NCBI GenBank assembly: GCA_035291665.1
Contig: DATDRP010000003.1
Location: 212,549-276,548, forward strand
Length of the DNA stretch: 64,000 nucleotides
Direction: 5' to 3'
Origin: Patescibacteria group bacterium
GTDB taxonomy: Bacteria; Patescibacteriota; Microgenomatia; UBA8517
Shown here piece by piece: positions 19,704 through 30,169 of the stretch. How positions within the stretch are numbered: the first letter of the stretch is position 1; every line of letters begins with the position of its first letter. The notes under the pieces are model-generated. The model was not told the DNA's origin, searched no databases, and saw nothing but the letters and a program-made list of their open reading frames with translations. A program made the translations under genes and the position numbers.

Positions 19704-21595
19704 TTTTTTTCAAAATATCTTTCAAACCAAAGTTCCAAATTAAGAAGCGTCCACAGCTTGGGACCATAATCATTTTTTACTGAATGCGTCATCAGCATAT
19801 TTTTTACGTATTTAGTATCAAAAAGTTCTCTTCTTAGTGCGTTTTTGGAAAGAAGTATGTGTTTTGCATACTTACCCAAATCACCGGTAAACCACTTGTC
19901 CAATGGAATACTGAAACCCATTTTCTTCCGGTAAAGATTTTCGTCGGGTACCAACCCCCGAAGAGCCTTTTTCAAAATATATTTGCTTTCTCCTCCCGGT
20001 GAAAGCTTAAGGTTAAAAGGAATTTTTGAAGCCAGATCCACTACTTCCCTGTCAAGAAAGGGAGACCTTACTTCCAACCCAACACTCATACTAGCCATAT
20101 CAACCTTGACCAACAAATCGTCCGGCAAATAGGTTGTAAGATCAAAATACAAAGCTTGGTCACAGAGGTCTTTTGCCCCGCTTTCTGTAAAACTTTTCCT
20201 TATAACCTCAAGCGAATCCTCATATTTTGTAAGCGATGAAAAATTATATGATAATAACTTTTCTTTATCAGAAGGCAAAAAGTAGAAATTATAAGACATC
20301 AGTTTGTAGGCAAAATCAGTATCTAATTTATGAAGAAAATTTTCCGCTCTTTTTATTCTTGGGGAATTCGAAAAATTTTTTAATCTTTCCGTTAGAGACA
20401 ACCCCAGCGGCGATATCCAATGTCTTTGGTTATTAAGAAGGGCATCCCTTCTTAACCTCCAATAACGATCATACCCGGCAAAGTTTTCATCCCCGCCGTC
20501 ACCGTTAAGAATAACCTTGACGTGTTTTCTCGCTAGCTTACTTACCATGCAGGTGATAACGTTGCTGGCGTCAGCAAAAGGTTCTTCATAGGTTTCAACT
20601 AACTCCGGCAAACTCTCAACTGATTCGGGTTCTGCAATAAGCACAGTGTGTTCAGTTTTATATTTTTTAGCGATAATATCGGCATATTTTGATTCATCAT
20701 ATTTCTTAACACGCGATCCGATAGTGAAGGTTTTTATTGGCTTAACCGAATTTCTTGCCATCATCGCAACAACCGCACTGGAATCGACACCTCCCGACAA
20801 AAATGCTCCAATTGGCACATCGGCTATCATCCGAAGTTTGACTGATTCTTCAAATGTTTCCTGAAACTTCCTGATCCACTCCCCCTCAGTCATCTGTAAT
20901 TTCTCCGAAAAATCAGGTTTCCAATATCTTCTTTTTAGAAGAGATTCTTTTTTAAGGTCCACAAACAAATAGTGACCCGGTTCAAGTTTATAAATATCTT
21001 CAAATCCGGTAAAAGGCGCCGGAATATAACCGAAGGTGAGATAGTTATTGATAGCGATAAAATCGGGTTTAGCGTGAATTTCTTTTTGAGTTAGCAGCGC
21101 CTTCAGCTCAGATGCAAAACAAAATATATTCCCATCAAAATAATATTTAAGAGGTTTTTTCCCCATCCTGTCTCTTGCGAGAAAGAGTGTTTCTTTGACT
21201 TGGTCGTAAATTGCAAAAGCAAAAAATCCCCTCAGAAATTCAAGACATTTAGTGCCATGCTTTGCATAAAGGGTAAGAAGTACTTCCGTATCGGTTTTTG
21301 ATTTAAAACGGGTTCCTTTTTTTATTAAATCTGATCTTAATTTCTGGTAATTATAAATTTCGCCATTGAAAACAATCACAAAACGGTTCTTGTAAATCAT
21401 GGGCTGATGCCCATTTGATGACAAATCTATTATCGATAAACGCCTGTGACCAAGTCCGACTTTATGGTTTGCCGATATATAAATACCGCTATCGTCAGGT
21501 CCGCGATGGGAAACCTTCTCACTCATGGAATTAATTTCCGATGGGATAACTTTTTTCCCCAGTCCAAGGACACATTTTCCGACAATGCCGCACAT
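19700..21595 (-). CDS. asnB: asparagine synthase (glutamine-hydrolysing)
   Basis: N-terminal MCGIVG nucleophile. GATase-2 domain. PP-loop SGGVDSS in the synthetase domain. Confidence 0.9.
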   Translation of the reverse strand: MCGIVGKCVLGLGKKVIPSEINSMSEKVSHRGPDDSGIYISANHKVGLGHRRLSIIDLSSNGHQPMIYKNRFVIVFNGEIYNYQKLRSDLIKKGTRFKSKTDTEVLLTLYAKHGTKCLEFLRGFFAFAIYDQVKETLFLARDRMGKKPLKYYFDGNIFCFASELKALLTQKEIHAKPDFIAINNYLTFGYIPAPFTGFEDIYKLEPGHYLFVDLKKESLLKRRYWKPDFSEKLQMTEGEWIRKFQETFEESVKLRMIADVPIGAFLSGGVDSSAVVAMMARNSVKPIKTFTIGSRVKKYDESKYADIIAKKYKTEHTVLIAEPESVESLPELVETYEEPFADASNVITCMVSKLARKHVKVILNGDGGDENFAGYDRYWRLRRDALLNNQRHWISPLGLSLTERLKNFSNSPRIKRAENFLHKLDTDFAYKLMSYNFYFLPSDKEKLLSYNFSSLTKYEDSLEVIRKSFTESGAKDLCDQALYFDLTTYLPDDLLVKVDMASMSVGLEVRSPFLDREVVDLASKIPFNLKLSPGGESKYILKKALRGLVPDENLYRKKMGFSIPLDKWFTGDLGKYAKHILLSKNALRRELFDTKYVKNMLMTHSVKNDYGPKLWTLLNLELWFERYFEKN

Positions 21596-21799
21596 AAGTA
21601 TTTCAGTAGTAGTTACCCTCGAGTATTTTATGAAGAGGAGGAACCTTTAATGAGCTCTCTATGAGATTATAGTAATTTTTGATTATCTTTCAAGAAGTTG
21701 GTTTTCGAACTTGGTTTCTTAAAATTTGTTCTCAGCGAAGAGAAAGTAAAAAAATGACTATTGACAGCAAATTTTATTTATAACTACTATGAAATAAGG

Positions 21800-22801
21800 A
21801 TGAATAAATTTAACAACATTGCAATAAGCCTTACTTTAATCCTAATTTCTTCATTGTTTATTTATTCGTTCATCAAATTTCCAAAAGTTGCATCTTCAGT
21901 CGGAAGCGGTGTTGTTATTAACGAAATTGCATGGAGCGGGACAACTGCCGATACCAACGATGAATGGATTGAGTTGTTCAACAACTCAGGAACAGAAGTT
22001 GATTTAACAGGCTGGACTCTGAATGCTACTGACGGGACACCGAGTATAACTCTTTCCGGAACGATCCCCACAGGGGGATATTTTTTACTTGAAAGAACTG
22101 ACGACAACGCGGTTAAAGATGTTGCTGCAAATCAGTTTTTTACGGGTGCACTCGGAAACGGGGGTGAGGTTCTCGAACTCAGAAATGCAAGCGCCGAACT
22201 CGAAGATTCGGCCAATGCTAACGGAGATGTTTGGCCGGCGGGATCAATAACTCCCATCCGGTCAATGGAAAGAGTTGATCCGCTTCTTCCCGACACAGAT
22301 GGGAACTGGGCAACTAATGATGGGCTGACAATTAATGGAAGCGATTCAGCAGACGGACCGATTCTTGGAACCCCCAAGGATCAAAATAGCATTATCGGAG
22401 CAACCCCAACACCGACCACCCAACCCAGTCCGACTGATGTACCCACACCTACCGATGAACCAACTCCGACTCTGGAGCCCACACCCACCAGCGAACCAAC
22501 ACCAACCGAAGTACCGACCTCAACTCCGGTCCCTACTGTTGAACCTACTGCAGTACCAACCGAGATTCCGACACCCACTCCCACAGAGGAACCCTCACCA
22601 ACGGGAGAACCGTCGGTAACTCCGACAGAAATTCCAACACCGACCGAGTCGCCTTCCCCCACTCCGGAACCAACGCCCGTTAGCGGAATCTTTTGGACAA
22701 TCGGATTCGGAAGCAACAAAACCACCTGCAGACCGGTCTACCAAACTTTCCACTTCGGATTCATGCATTTCAGAATCTTCACAATATCCTGCTCGAGATA
22801 G
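21800..22801 (+). CDS. lamin-tail-domain (LTD) secreted protein with long Pro/Thr linker
   Basis: VINEIAWSGT...DEWIELFN LTD signature. ~90-aa (E/T)PTPT repeat. Non-descript C-terminus, possible frameshift. Confidence 0.55.
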   Translation: MNKFNNIAISLTLILISSLFIYSFIKFPKVASSVGSGVVINEIAWSGTTADTNDEWIELFNNSGTEVDLTGWTLNATDGTPSITLSGTIPTGGYFLLERTDDNAVKDVAANQFFTGALGNGGEVLELRNASAELEDSANANGDVWPAGSITPIRSMERVDPLLPDTDGNWATNDGLTINGSDSADGPILGTPKDQNSIIGATPTPTTQPSPTDVPTPTDEPTPTLEPTPTSEPTPTEVPTSTPVPTVEPTAVPTEIPTPTPTEEPSPTGEPSVTPTEIPTPTESPSPTPEPTPVSGIFWTIGFGSNKTTCRPVYQTFHFGFMHFRIFTISCSR

Positions 22802-22975
22802 ACTCTCCTTAACATCTCAATCTATTGAATGAGTAAGTAATTCTAATTACAGAGTCTTCAAGTAATTACGGAGCAAAATATAACTACATTTCTCCCTTAT
22901 CAGAAAAGTTCCAGACAAATATTATGTTAGAATAATCTGCTTCCCAAAACTATTTATGAAAAGAGTTTTCAATTT

Positions 22976-24745
22976 ATGAAAAATATATTCAAAATAATAA
23001 AACTGTCCAAACCGCAGCATAAATTAATCGCGGTTGCCTGCGTTCTGATTACAATCCAGGCTGTTTTACAGCAAGCAACCCCGGTTACTCTCAAGTATGT
23101 TGTTGATGAGTTGTCAAAGCAGATCAGCGCGGGTAACGGTAATTTCCAAAAATTAACCCAGCTTTTCGCTATCATTCTTTCAATTAATATCGCAATTGTT
23201 GTTATTAATGCTGTCGGACAGCGGTTGGGAGACTTCATTGCTTCCCGATTGGGGCGACATCTGACCGAAATTTACTACCGGAAAATCTTTACCCTACCCC
23301 AACTTTATTTTGATTCGGAAGTTTCGGGAAAAATTGTCAACCAGCTTAACCGGGGAATAATTTCCATCAGAGAGTTTGTCGGTACGATGACGAACTTTAT
23401 TATGCCGGCAATGCTGCAGGCAATTTTCGGAATAGCCGTCCTTGCATATTTTGACCTGGGAATAGCCCTTTTGGCGCTTTCGGTTTTCCCTGTTTATATC
23501 GCGATTTCAAGCTATTCAACAAAAAAATGGGGTGATATCCAAAAAGAAAAAAATATCCATGAAGATACAACACGCGGCCGTATCCAGGAAGTCATTTCAA
23601 ATATAAAACTCGTCAAAACTTATAACACTCAGTCCCGCGAATGGAATTTTGTTTCCGATGAATACGGTGAAATCAACAGACTTTACGACAGGCAGTCAAC
23701 TTTGTATCACATCCTTAATTTCTTACGGGAATTCGGCTTAGAGATTTCCTTCGTTATTATTTTATACGTAATATTCAAAAAAACCTTCATGGGTGAAGTA
23801 ACTCTTGGGGAAATGATCCTCATCATCCAAATTCTTAACCAACTCCGCTGGCCGCTTTTTGGCATGAGCTACATACTGGAACAGATTCAAAGGGCAGAGG
23901 CCGACTCCAAAGAGTTTTTTGAAGTTCTGGATCTGAAAGGCAGTGAAGTTTTTCATACCAAAAAACTTCCGAGGTTGATAAAAAATCCTGAAATCAGTCT
24001 TGAGAATGTCAGCTTTTCCTACGAAGAAGGTTCTCCGGTTTTGTCCGACGTAAGTCTTAGTCTGGGTAATCATGAAACTGTAGCTTTTGTGGGACATTCG
24101 GGTGCAGGAAAAACCACGCTCGTAAATCTCATTCTGAAACTTTATAACCCCACGAACGGCAAGCTTATGCTTTCCGGGAAAGACTACAAAAAAGTCCAGC
24201 ATGCTTGGATCCGGGATCATATTGCACTCGTTTTTCAAGAAAACGAACTTTTCTCTTCCACCATCAGGGAAAATGTCTCATATGGAAAACCCGATGCTAC
24301 CGATAAACAGATAATAAGCGCACTTAAAAAAGCAAATGCCTATGATTTTGTTTTCAATTTTAAAGCAGGGTTGGACGCAAAAATAGGCGAACGCGGAGTG
24401 AAATTGTCAGGCGGACAAAAACAAAGGATTCAAATTGCCCGGGCAATACTCCATGACAAACCGATACTTATTTTGGATGAAGCAACCAGCAGTCTTGATT
24501 CAAAATCGGAAAAACTTGTCCAGGACGCCTTGGGAAACTTAATCAAAAACAGGCTTGTTATTGTCATCGCACACCGTTTCTCAACCATCCAAAACGCCGA
24601 CCGGATTGTTGTTCTTGATGGTGGAACTGTTGCAGATATCGGAAAACCCCAGGAATTAGCCAGACGTAAAGGAATTTACTCGGAACTTTTGCAGTACCAA
24701 ATCGAAGGAAACAAAAAACTATTGAGTGAGTATGAACTGAATTGA
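22976..24745 (+). CDS. ABC transporter permease/ATP-binding fusion (MsbA-like exporter)
   Basis: Six-TM N-domain. Walker A GHSGAGKTT. ABC signature LSGGQKQR. Walker B ILILDEATS. H-loop IAHR. Confidence 0.85.
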   Translation: MKNIFKIIKLSKPQHKLIAVACVLITIQAVLQQATPVTLKYVVDELSKQISAGNGNFQKLTQLFAIILSINIAIVVINAVGQRLGDFIASRLGRHLTEIYYRKIFTLPQLYFDSEVSGKIVNQLNRGIISIREFVGTMTNFIMPAMLQAIFGIAVLAYFDLGIALLALSVFPVYIAISSYSTKKWGDIQKEKNIHEDTTRGRIQEVISNIKLVKTYNTQSREWNFVSDEYGEINRLYDRQSTLYHILNFLREFGLEISFVIILYVIFKKTFMGEVTLGEMILIIQILNQLRWPLFGMSYILEQIQRAEADSKEFFEVLDLKGSEVFHTKKLPRLIKNPEISLENVSFSYEEGSPVLSDVSLSLGNHETVAFVGHSGAGKTTLVNLILKLYNPTNGKLMLSGKDYKKVQHAWIRDHIALVFQENELFSSTIRENVSYGKPDATDKQIISALKKANAYDFVFNFKAGLDAKIGERGVKLSGGQKQRIQIARAILHDKPILILDEATSSLDSKSEKLVQDALGNLIKNRLVIVIAHRFSTIQNADRIVVLDGGTVADIGKPQELARRKGIYSELLQYQIEGNKKLLSEYELN

Positions 24746-24762
24746 TTTGTTACACTTAAATA

Positions 24763-25602
24763 ATGTCCAAAGGAATAGCGACCTTACTTGTACTTCTTTT
24801 GATCCCAGTCATCCTTGTCGTGTTATTTCTTTTATTCACAAAGGGTTCACCCTCTCCTCTCGGGAATAAAACATCATTAATGAATTCTGTTAATAAAGCC
24901 AAAAACGATCTGGCAAAGGTATCTCCTATGGCTTTGTGGGATTTTGAGTACGAAACAAAGACCTGGAAATCGGTAGGCTCTCCCCCAACATGTCCCGATC
25001 CTTTTACATTTCCGGCTCCTGCCGATTTGAGCCTTGCAAGCGGAATTCTATACCCGGGTCAAATAAGAGGCGGAGACTACAAACCCCATGGCGGAGCAAG
25101 ATTTGACAATCTACCAAATAATGAACTTAATGTTTACTCTCCTTTTGATGGCAAACTATATCAAGCTGCAAGACATTTGGAATCCGGAGAAATGCAGTAT
25201 TCACTTTATTTTATAAACGACTGCGGAATGATGTACAAACTCGACCATCTTCGGAAACTAACCGACAAATTTGAGAGGCTATTGGAACCCATCCCCACAG
25301 GCGCCGAGGGCGATTCAAGAACAACGATGATAAATCCGGCTGTTTTCATATCCAAAGGTGAGCTCGTGGCCACCGAAGTCGGAATCATAAAAACCAAAAA
25401 TGTATTTTTTGATTTTGGAGTCTATGATTTACGGCAAAGAAACGGAGTTGATTACAGCGGCAAAGATTACTTCAATATTGAACAATACGGGATGCATGGT
25501 GTTTGCTGGATGGATTATTTGCAGGAACCGGATAAATCGTTATCGTATAGTCTCCCCGGCGCCGACGGACAAAGTGGTAAAAAGAGTGATTATTGCAAAT
25601 AG
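24763..25602 (+). CDS. secreted hypothetical protein (paralog of 8051/17248 family)
   Basis: Signal anchor. Motif GGDYKPHGGARFDN...SPFDGKLY shared with the M23-like paralogs. Confidence 0.4.
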   Translation: MSKGIATLLVLLLIPVILVVLFLLFTKGSPSPLGNKTSLMNSVNKAKNDLAKVSPMALWDFEYETKTWKSVGSPPTCPDPFTFPAPADLSLASGILYPGQIRGGDYKPHGGARFDNLPNNELNVYSPFDGKLYQAARHLESGEMQYSLYFINDCGMMYKLDHLRKLTDKFERLLEPIPTGAEGDSRTTMINPAVFISKGELVATEVGIIKTKNVFFDFGVYDLRQRNGVDYSGKDYFNIEQYGMHGVCWMDYLQEPDKSLSYSLPGADGQSGKKSDYCK

Positions 25603-26143
25603 CAAGAGAGGTATTAGAAAAAGTTAAAAATTAAACTGAAGCTATGCGTCTCTCTATTTTTTTCACTTTAGTTTGTAATTTATCAAAATCTTCAACTGTG
25701 GGAGAGTCGTCTTCCAAATTAGCCAACTGCAAACCTATCTTATCCAAACGATTTGTCAGTTTTGTATCGACCTTATCAATCTTTTCATCGACATTTTTTA
25801 ATGTCTTTACGAATTTTTGTTTGGCCGTCAAGAATAGCTTGGAGAACTTTATTGTCTGACATAACTACACTATGCCATAAGAAATTATCTTTTAAAGACT
25901 CATTTTATGCAAAATTATTAATAAGCAGAAACCCCTTCCCCGCGCTCAGATGTCACATTATAATTTCATAAATGAAATGGCGTGACTTATGCTGTAGAAA
26001 TTACATTTCAGTCCTATTTCAAAATATTATTTTGTATGCAGCAATGGACAAGGCAGAAAAATTACCACAGGAACCTTGAATACAGTTGAGGGAATATCGG
26101 AAGCGAGTTGTGTAAATTAGATTTTTGATATACTGCCTTTGAA

Positions 26144-26779
26144 GTGTCTAAAACCCTTTTCCAATATTACGAACAATTGCTTGATGAATATGGTGACCCA
26201 ATAATCTATTGGCCTCAGTGGTGCGCTAAAACCAAATCAATTGCGGAAAGAGAACAGATTATTATTGGTATGATTTTGGTTCAGAGAACCAGTTGGCACA
26301 ACGCCAACATTGCTCTTAAAAATCTAAAAAAAGAAAACTTTCTATCTGTTAAAAAAATAGCAAAACTTAAAACACTGGAAAGGCTAACCCAACTTATTCG
26401 TTCAGCTGGTTTTTATCACTCCAAACCTAAGCGCATATTTGATGTTTGTACTTTCGTAACCAATCAAGGCGGAGTAAGAGGTCTTATGAACAAAAATAAA
26501 GTTGACGTCCGTCAGCAGCTTCTAACTATCAAGGGTGTGGGTCAGGAGACTGCCGATACAATTCTACTTTATGCATTGGATAAGCCGGTTTTTATTATTG
26601 ACGACTATACCCGACGCTGGACTGAAAAAGAAGGTTTGACTAAAGAAAAAGACTATATCATGTTACAAAAGTTTTTCCAGAGCAATTTGAAACTCAACAT
26701 AGAAACCTATCGGAATTTTCATACCCTTATTATTGTTTCTCAAAGGGGCAAAGAGAAGTCAATGATGGAGATAGTGTAG
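26144..26779 (+). CDS. HhH-GPD superfamily base-excision DNA glycosylase (endonuclease III-like)
   Basis: Helix-hairpin-helix IKGVGQETADTILLYAL followed by the catalytic Asp region FIIDDYTRRW. Confidence 0.65.
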   Translation: MSKTLFQYYEQLLDEYGDPIIYWPQWCAKTKSIAEREQIIIGMILVQRTSWHNANIALKNLKKENFLSVKKIAKLKTLERLTQLIRSAGFYHSKPKRIFDVCTFVTNQGGVRGLMNKNKVDVRQQLLTIKGVGQETADTILLYALDKPVFIIDDYTRRWTEKEGLTKEKDYIMLQKFFQSNLKLNIETYRNFHTLIIVSQRGKEKSMMEIV

Positions 26780-26892
26780 TTAAATGCTAAAAAAGCGCTA
26801 TACAGCAATGAGCAAGTTTGAAAAAATTTTCTGAGCCCAAATAAGCTTGTTATTTAGCAGTCGTAATGTTATATTGCTTGTGAATAAAAAAT

Positions 26893-27654
26893 ATGAGCGA
26901 TCTATCGGAATTTGAAGAAAAATACTTCATAGACGGGCAAAGATACAACTGTCCTTTTTGTAATGTGCGCGGTGCTAAATACACTGTTGTGGATGATGCA
27001 GAATATAACAAAAACGATAGTGAAATTATTTATTGCTATATTGTGGAGTGCGACCTTTGTAATAAAAGGTCAATACATCTTTCTACCTGGCGATGGAGCA
27101 CCGGTAGTACCAGGGGGAGGCTTACTAACCCCTTCGCTTACAGACCTGAAGGTTTAAGTTATGAGAAACATAAAGATTACAAAAAAGTCGAGCCTAGGCT
27201 TGATCTATTTTTCTTTTATCATTTCCCTACAGGCTTTTTTACGATTAACGAGCTTATTCCTAAGAAAATTAGAGAATTGGTATCAGAAGCGGATGGGTGC
27301 AAGGAAATGAACTTTATGACTGGCGCTTCTGGTTCTTTAAGAAGAGCTATTTACAAGTTCCTCAGGAAAGAGGGTGCTCAAGGAAAACATTACGAGGATA
27401 AAATCAAATGGCTCAAGCAAAAGTATACTGGCGTAGATGAAGAATATTTTGATGCTTTAGCAAATATTAAAGATATGAGCGACGACGATTTACATGAGGA
27501 AGATTGGGAACCTTGGAAAAGTTCAGAATTTAACTACTTGGTTAGCTGTTTTAAAGAGGTACTGGAAGAAATTTATGTGAAACCGTATAAAAGAAGCAAA
27601 ACCCTCAGTCGAATAATAGCGATGAAGTCAGGTAGGAAAAAAATGAAAGAATAA
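26893..27654 (+). CDS. zinc-ribbon protein with DUF4145-like C-terminal domain
   Basis: N-terminal CPFC-x25-CDLC. C-terminal helical region (LRRAIYKFL...DALANIKDMSDDDLHE) resembles DUF4145. Confidence 0.4.
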   Translation: MSDLSEFEEKYFIDGQRYNCPFCNVRGAKYTVVDDAEYNKNDSEIIYCYIVECDLCNKRSIHLSTWRWSTGSTRGRLTNPFAYRPEGLSYEKHKDYKKVEPRLDLFFFYHFPTGFFTINELIPKKIRELVSEADGCKEMNFMTGASGSLRRAIYKFLRKEGAQGKHYEDKIKWLKQKYTGVDEEYFDALANIKDMSDDDLHEEDWEPWKSSEFNYLVSCFKEVLEEIYVKPYKRSKTLSRIIAMKSGRKKMKE

Positions 27655-27657
27655 AGA

Positions 27658-28104
27658 ATGAACTTTTATGTAAATATTGCTATAAGTGCAGGAATCGGGA
27701 CTGCTTTGGTAGAAATAGTTACAAAACTATTTTTGGAACACTTTTTAAAGGAAGAGTTCTACAAGTTTAAAATTCGTTTTACTGACAAGAGAGATTGTGC
27801 TAATGAACTTTTGAATCTTGTCAGCTTTGAAAACTCCGGCAAGTGGATTACAGAAAAATCCTTAATGTATTCCAAAGCATATTCGCTTGCTGATCGTCTT
27901 GATTCCTTGGGAGAACATAAATTCGCGAAAAAAGTAACTGCTTATGTCACCAAGACTTGTATTATGCTTGACCTGTTATCTGGACTATTGGGCAAAAACA
28001 TTGATGCCCAGAGAGAAGAAAGAATAAAGCACTATTTAAAAACAGCGACTGACGTTGCACATATACGTCAAGAATTAACAGAAATAGCTAGAAAATTAAA
28101 ATAG
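27658..28104 (+). CDS. small membrane-anchored helical protein
   Basis: N-terminal TM. Translationally coupled to the upstream gene (3-nt gap). Confidence 0.35.
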   Translation: MNFYVNIAISAGIGTALVEIVTKLFLEHFLKEEFYKFKIRFTDKRDCANELLNLVSFENSGKWITEKSLMYSKAYSLADRLDSLGEHKFAKKVTAYVTKTCIMLDLLSGLLGKNIDAQREERIKHYLKTATDVAHIRQELTEIARKLK

Positions 28105-28185
28105 AAAAAATGGGTTATCAGAATCCGACTTGATTAAGTAAGCGCTTCGGTAACTTTCTCTTCCAATCCTGTATAATCCAATAGT

Positions 28186-29067
28186 ATGAATGTAGATTTT
28201 GTACGTTTCAAAGCAAGCGATAACGTAGAGCTAAGGGGTTGGTTTAGCGATGGTGGGAGCGACAAAGCAGTTATTCATGTCCACGGAATGTCCGGAAACG
28301 GTTATGAAAATTATTTTCTTGATAATCTGAGGGAGATGTACAACAGTAATGGTTTTGCGTTTTTCTCAATTGATACCCGCGGGAGTGGAATTTATAATTC
28401 ATTTTTTCTTGGAGGTGATCAAAGTAAATGGGGTGAAGGCACAAAACCCGGCGGCAGTTGTTTTGAGATTTTCGAAGAAAGCGTTAACGACATTCAAGGA
28501 GCAATTGATTACCTTAAAACTCTTGGTAAAACAAAGTTTATTTTGCAAGGTCACTCTTTGGGAGGAAGCAAGGTTGTTAACTATATTGTTAATAAAGGTA
28601 ATCCTGAAGTAATCGCCTCGATTTTACTTGCTCCTACAGATATGTCAGGCTGGGCCGCCACAGATCCAAACCACAAGAAATATTTGCTGAAAGCCAAAAA
28701 ACTTATTGCCGAAAATAAAGGAAAAGAACTTGTAAGTGCTGAGTGCTGGTTGGATAAAACCCCCCTCTCCGCTCAAACCTATCCAACTATTTGTGAAGCA
28801 GGAAGGGCTGTTGATATTTACGGAAATAAAGGTATTGCACCTTTGGGAAAGGTTAAAATTCCAAACTTGATTGTATACGGTGATAACGATATTGGAATCC
28901 TAAAAATTGATGGTTCTACAGCTAAATGGAAAGATAGGGTTGGAAAAATTAAACACAAAAATACACAAATATCCGTAATTTCCGGTGCTTCACACAGTTT
29001 TAAGGGATACGAAGAGAAGTTGTCGCAAATAATTCAAAAATATCTAAAAGGCACGAATAAATCTTGA
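28186..29067 (+). CDS. alpha/beta hydrolase fold protein
   Basis: Nucleophile elbow GHSLGG. HG oxyanion motif (VHGMSGNG). Confidence 0.65.
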   Translation: MNVDFVRFKASDNVELRGWFSDGGSDKAVIHVHGMSGNGYENYFLDNLREMYNSNGFAFFSIDTRGSGIYNSFFLGGDQSKWGEGTKPGGSCFEIFEESVNDIQGAIDYLKTLGKTKFILQGHSLGGSKVVNYIVNKGNPEVIASILLAPTDMSGWAATDPNHKKYLLKAKKLIAENKGKELVSAECWLDKTPLSAQTYPTICEAGRAVDIYGNKGIAPLGKVKIPNLIVYGDNDIGILKIDGSTAKWKDRVGKIKHKNTQISVISGASHSFKGYEEKLSQIIQKYLKGTNKS

Positions 29068-29093
29068 CTTGACTAAGTGGGTTAACCGTCAAC

Positions 29094-29915
29094 TTACTGT
29101 TGGGCCCAGATGACAAATGTGAAGAGCTTATTTCCCAAACCCAAGTCGCGCTCAAATAATGCAACATTGCCGTTATCGCGAATTGATCTTCCCCATTCGC
29201 TTTGATTTTCAAAGTCCTGGTTTTTTGCGGCTTCGGAAATTATCGAGCCCAGAGGTAACTTTTGCGAACTACCCGCAAGCGACGTAAAACTATCAAGGTG
29301 CGCATATATCAATGACAGCTCGTCATAATCATGCTGGTTCGGGTGCTCATTACTAGGGGGACCGTCCGGATCACTTGTGTAATCCATACAGCTGCCCAAG
29401 TTGGGGTTGTCAAAATTTTCATCCTGATGGTCAAGTCCAAATGTGTGGGCAACCTCCTGGCACATTACCAGTCTCTTCCATTGGGGGGTGTTGTAGGTGA
29501 CAGAACTAAAATAAGTATCATTTACTTTAGCTGTACCTTGGGTAATGTGACTGCCGCTCGCCCAAATTTGGGCTATTCCCAGCCAGCCATTACTGCCATA
29601 ACGGTAATTACAAACCTCTACGCGTCCGCTTGTCGGACGACATCGGCGCGGGTTTTGGAAACCTGCAACAATTTGCGTATTAAGTACCGACGATACACTC
29701 CAGTCGGTTGAAGCTGTAGCAAGATAGGGATCCCAGGAGGATGATAGATTATCAGCAAGCGTCAAATTAAAGGGATTGGAAGTACGTGCCCAGTGATAAC
29801 CCCCCCATGAATGGCTGGCCAAAATCCCGGGCGGTAAAAAAGTTAATGTAACTAAGGTAAACACCATTAACAAAACCCCTGTTATTGTAATTTGTTTCAA
29901 CGGTAATGAGCGCAT
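29094..29915 (-). CDS. secreted zincin-like protein with degenerate active site (HTFGLDH instead of HExxH)
   Basis: Signal peptide. EVAHTFGLDHQDE resembles a metzincin HExxHxxGxxH with Glu replaced by Thr. Confidence 0.4.
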   Translation of the reverse strand: MRSLPLKQITITGVLLMVFTLVTLTFLPPGILASHSWGGYHWARTSNPFNLTLADNLSSSWDPYLATASTDWSVSSVLNTQIVAGFQNPRRCRPTSGRVEVCNYRYGSNGWLGIAQIWASGSHITQGTAKVNDTYFSSVTYNTPQWKRLVMCQEVAHTFGLDHQDENFDNPNLGSCMDYTSDPDGPPSNEHPNQHDYDELSLIYAHLDSFTSLAGSSQKLPLGSIISEAAKNQDFENQSEWGRSIRDNGNVALFERDLGLGNKLFTFVIWAQQ

Positions 29916-30169
29916 ATTTGTCTTTATATAACTATTAACATAATTTATTATTATATCTGTAATCCAGATTACTTATTTGTCAATAATCAGGGTATTACAA
30001 TATTTAAATATCATGAAAAAAATGTATCCCGTAGTTCATTTTGAAATGCCTCACAATAATCTGAAAACCGGCTTATCATGTATAAACCCATTTAAATAAT
30101 TGACGCCTGTTATTGTTAGAAGCGTTACATATTAAAGCGTCCTATAAAAGTTATAATTTGATTCACGGT

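Noticed and set aside
22132-22725. Minus-strand ORFs 22132-22377 and 22381-22725, and plus ORF 22335-22619
   Set aside because: Alternative-frame readings of the PT-repeat DNA of the LTD gene. A repetitive GC-rich repeat produces open frames on both strands.
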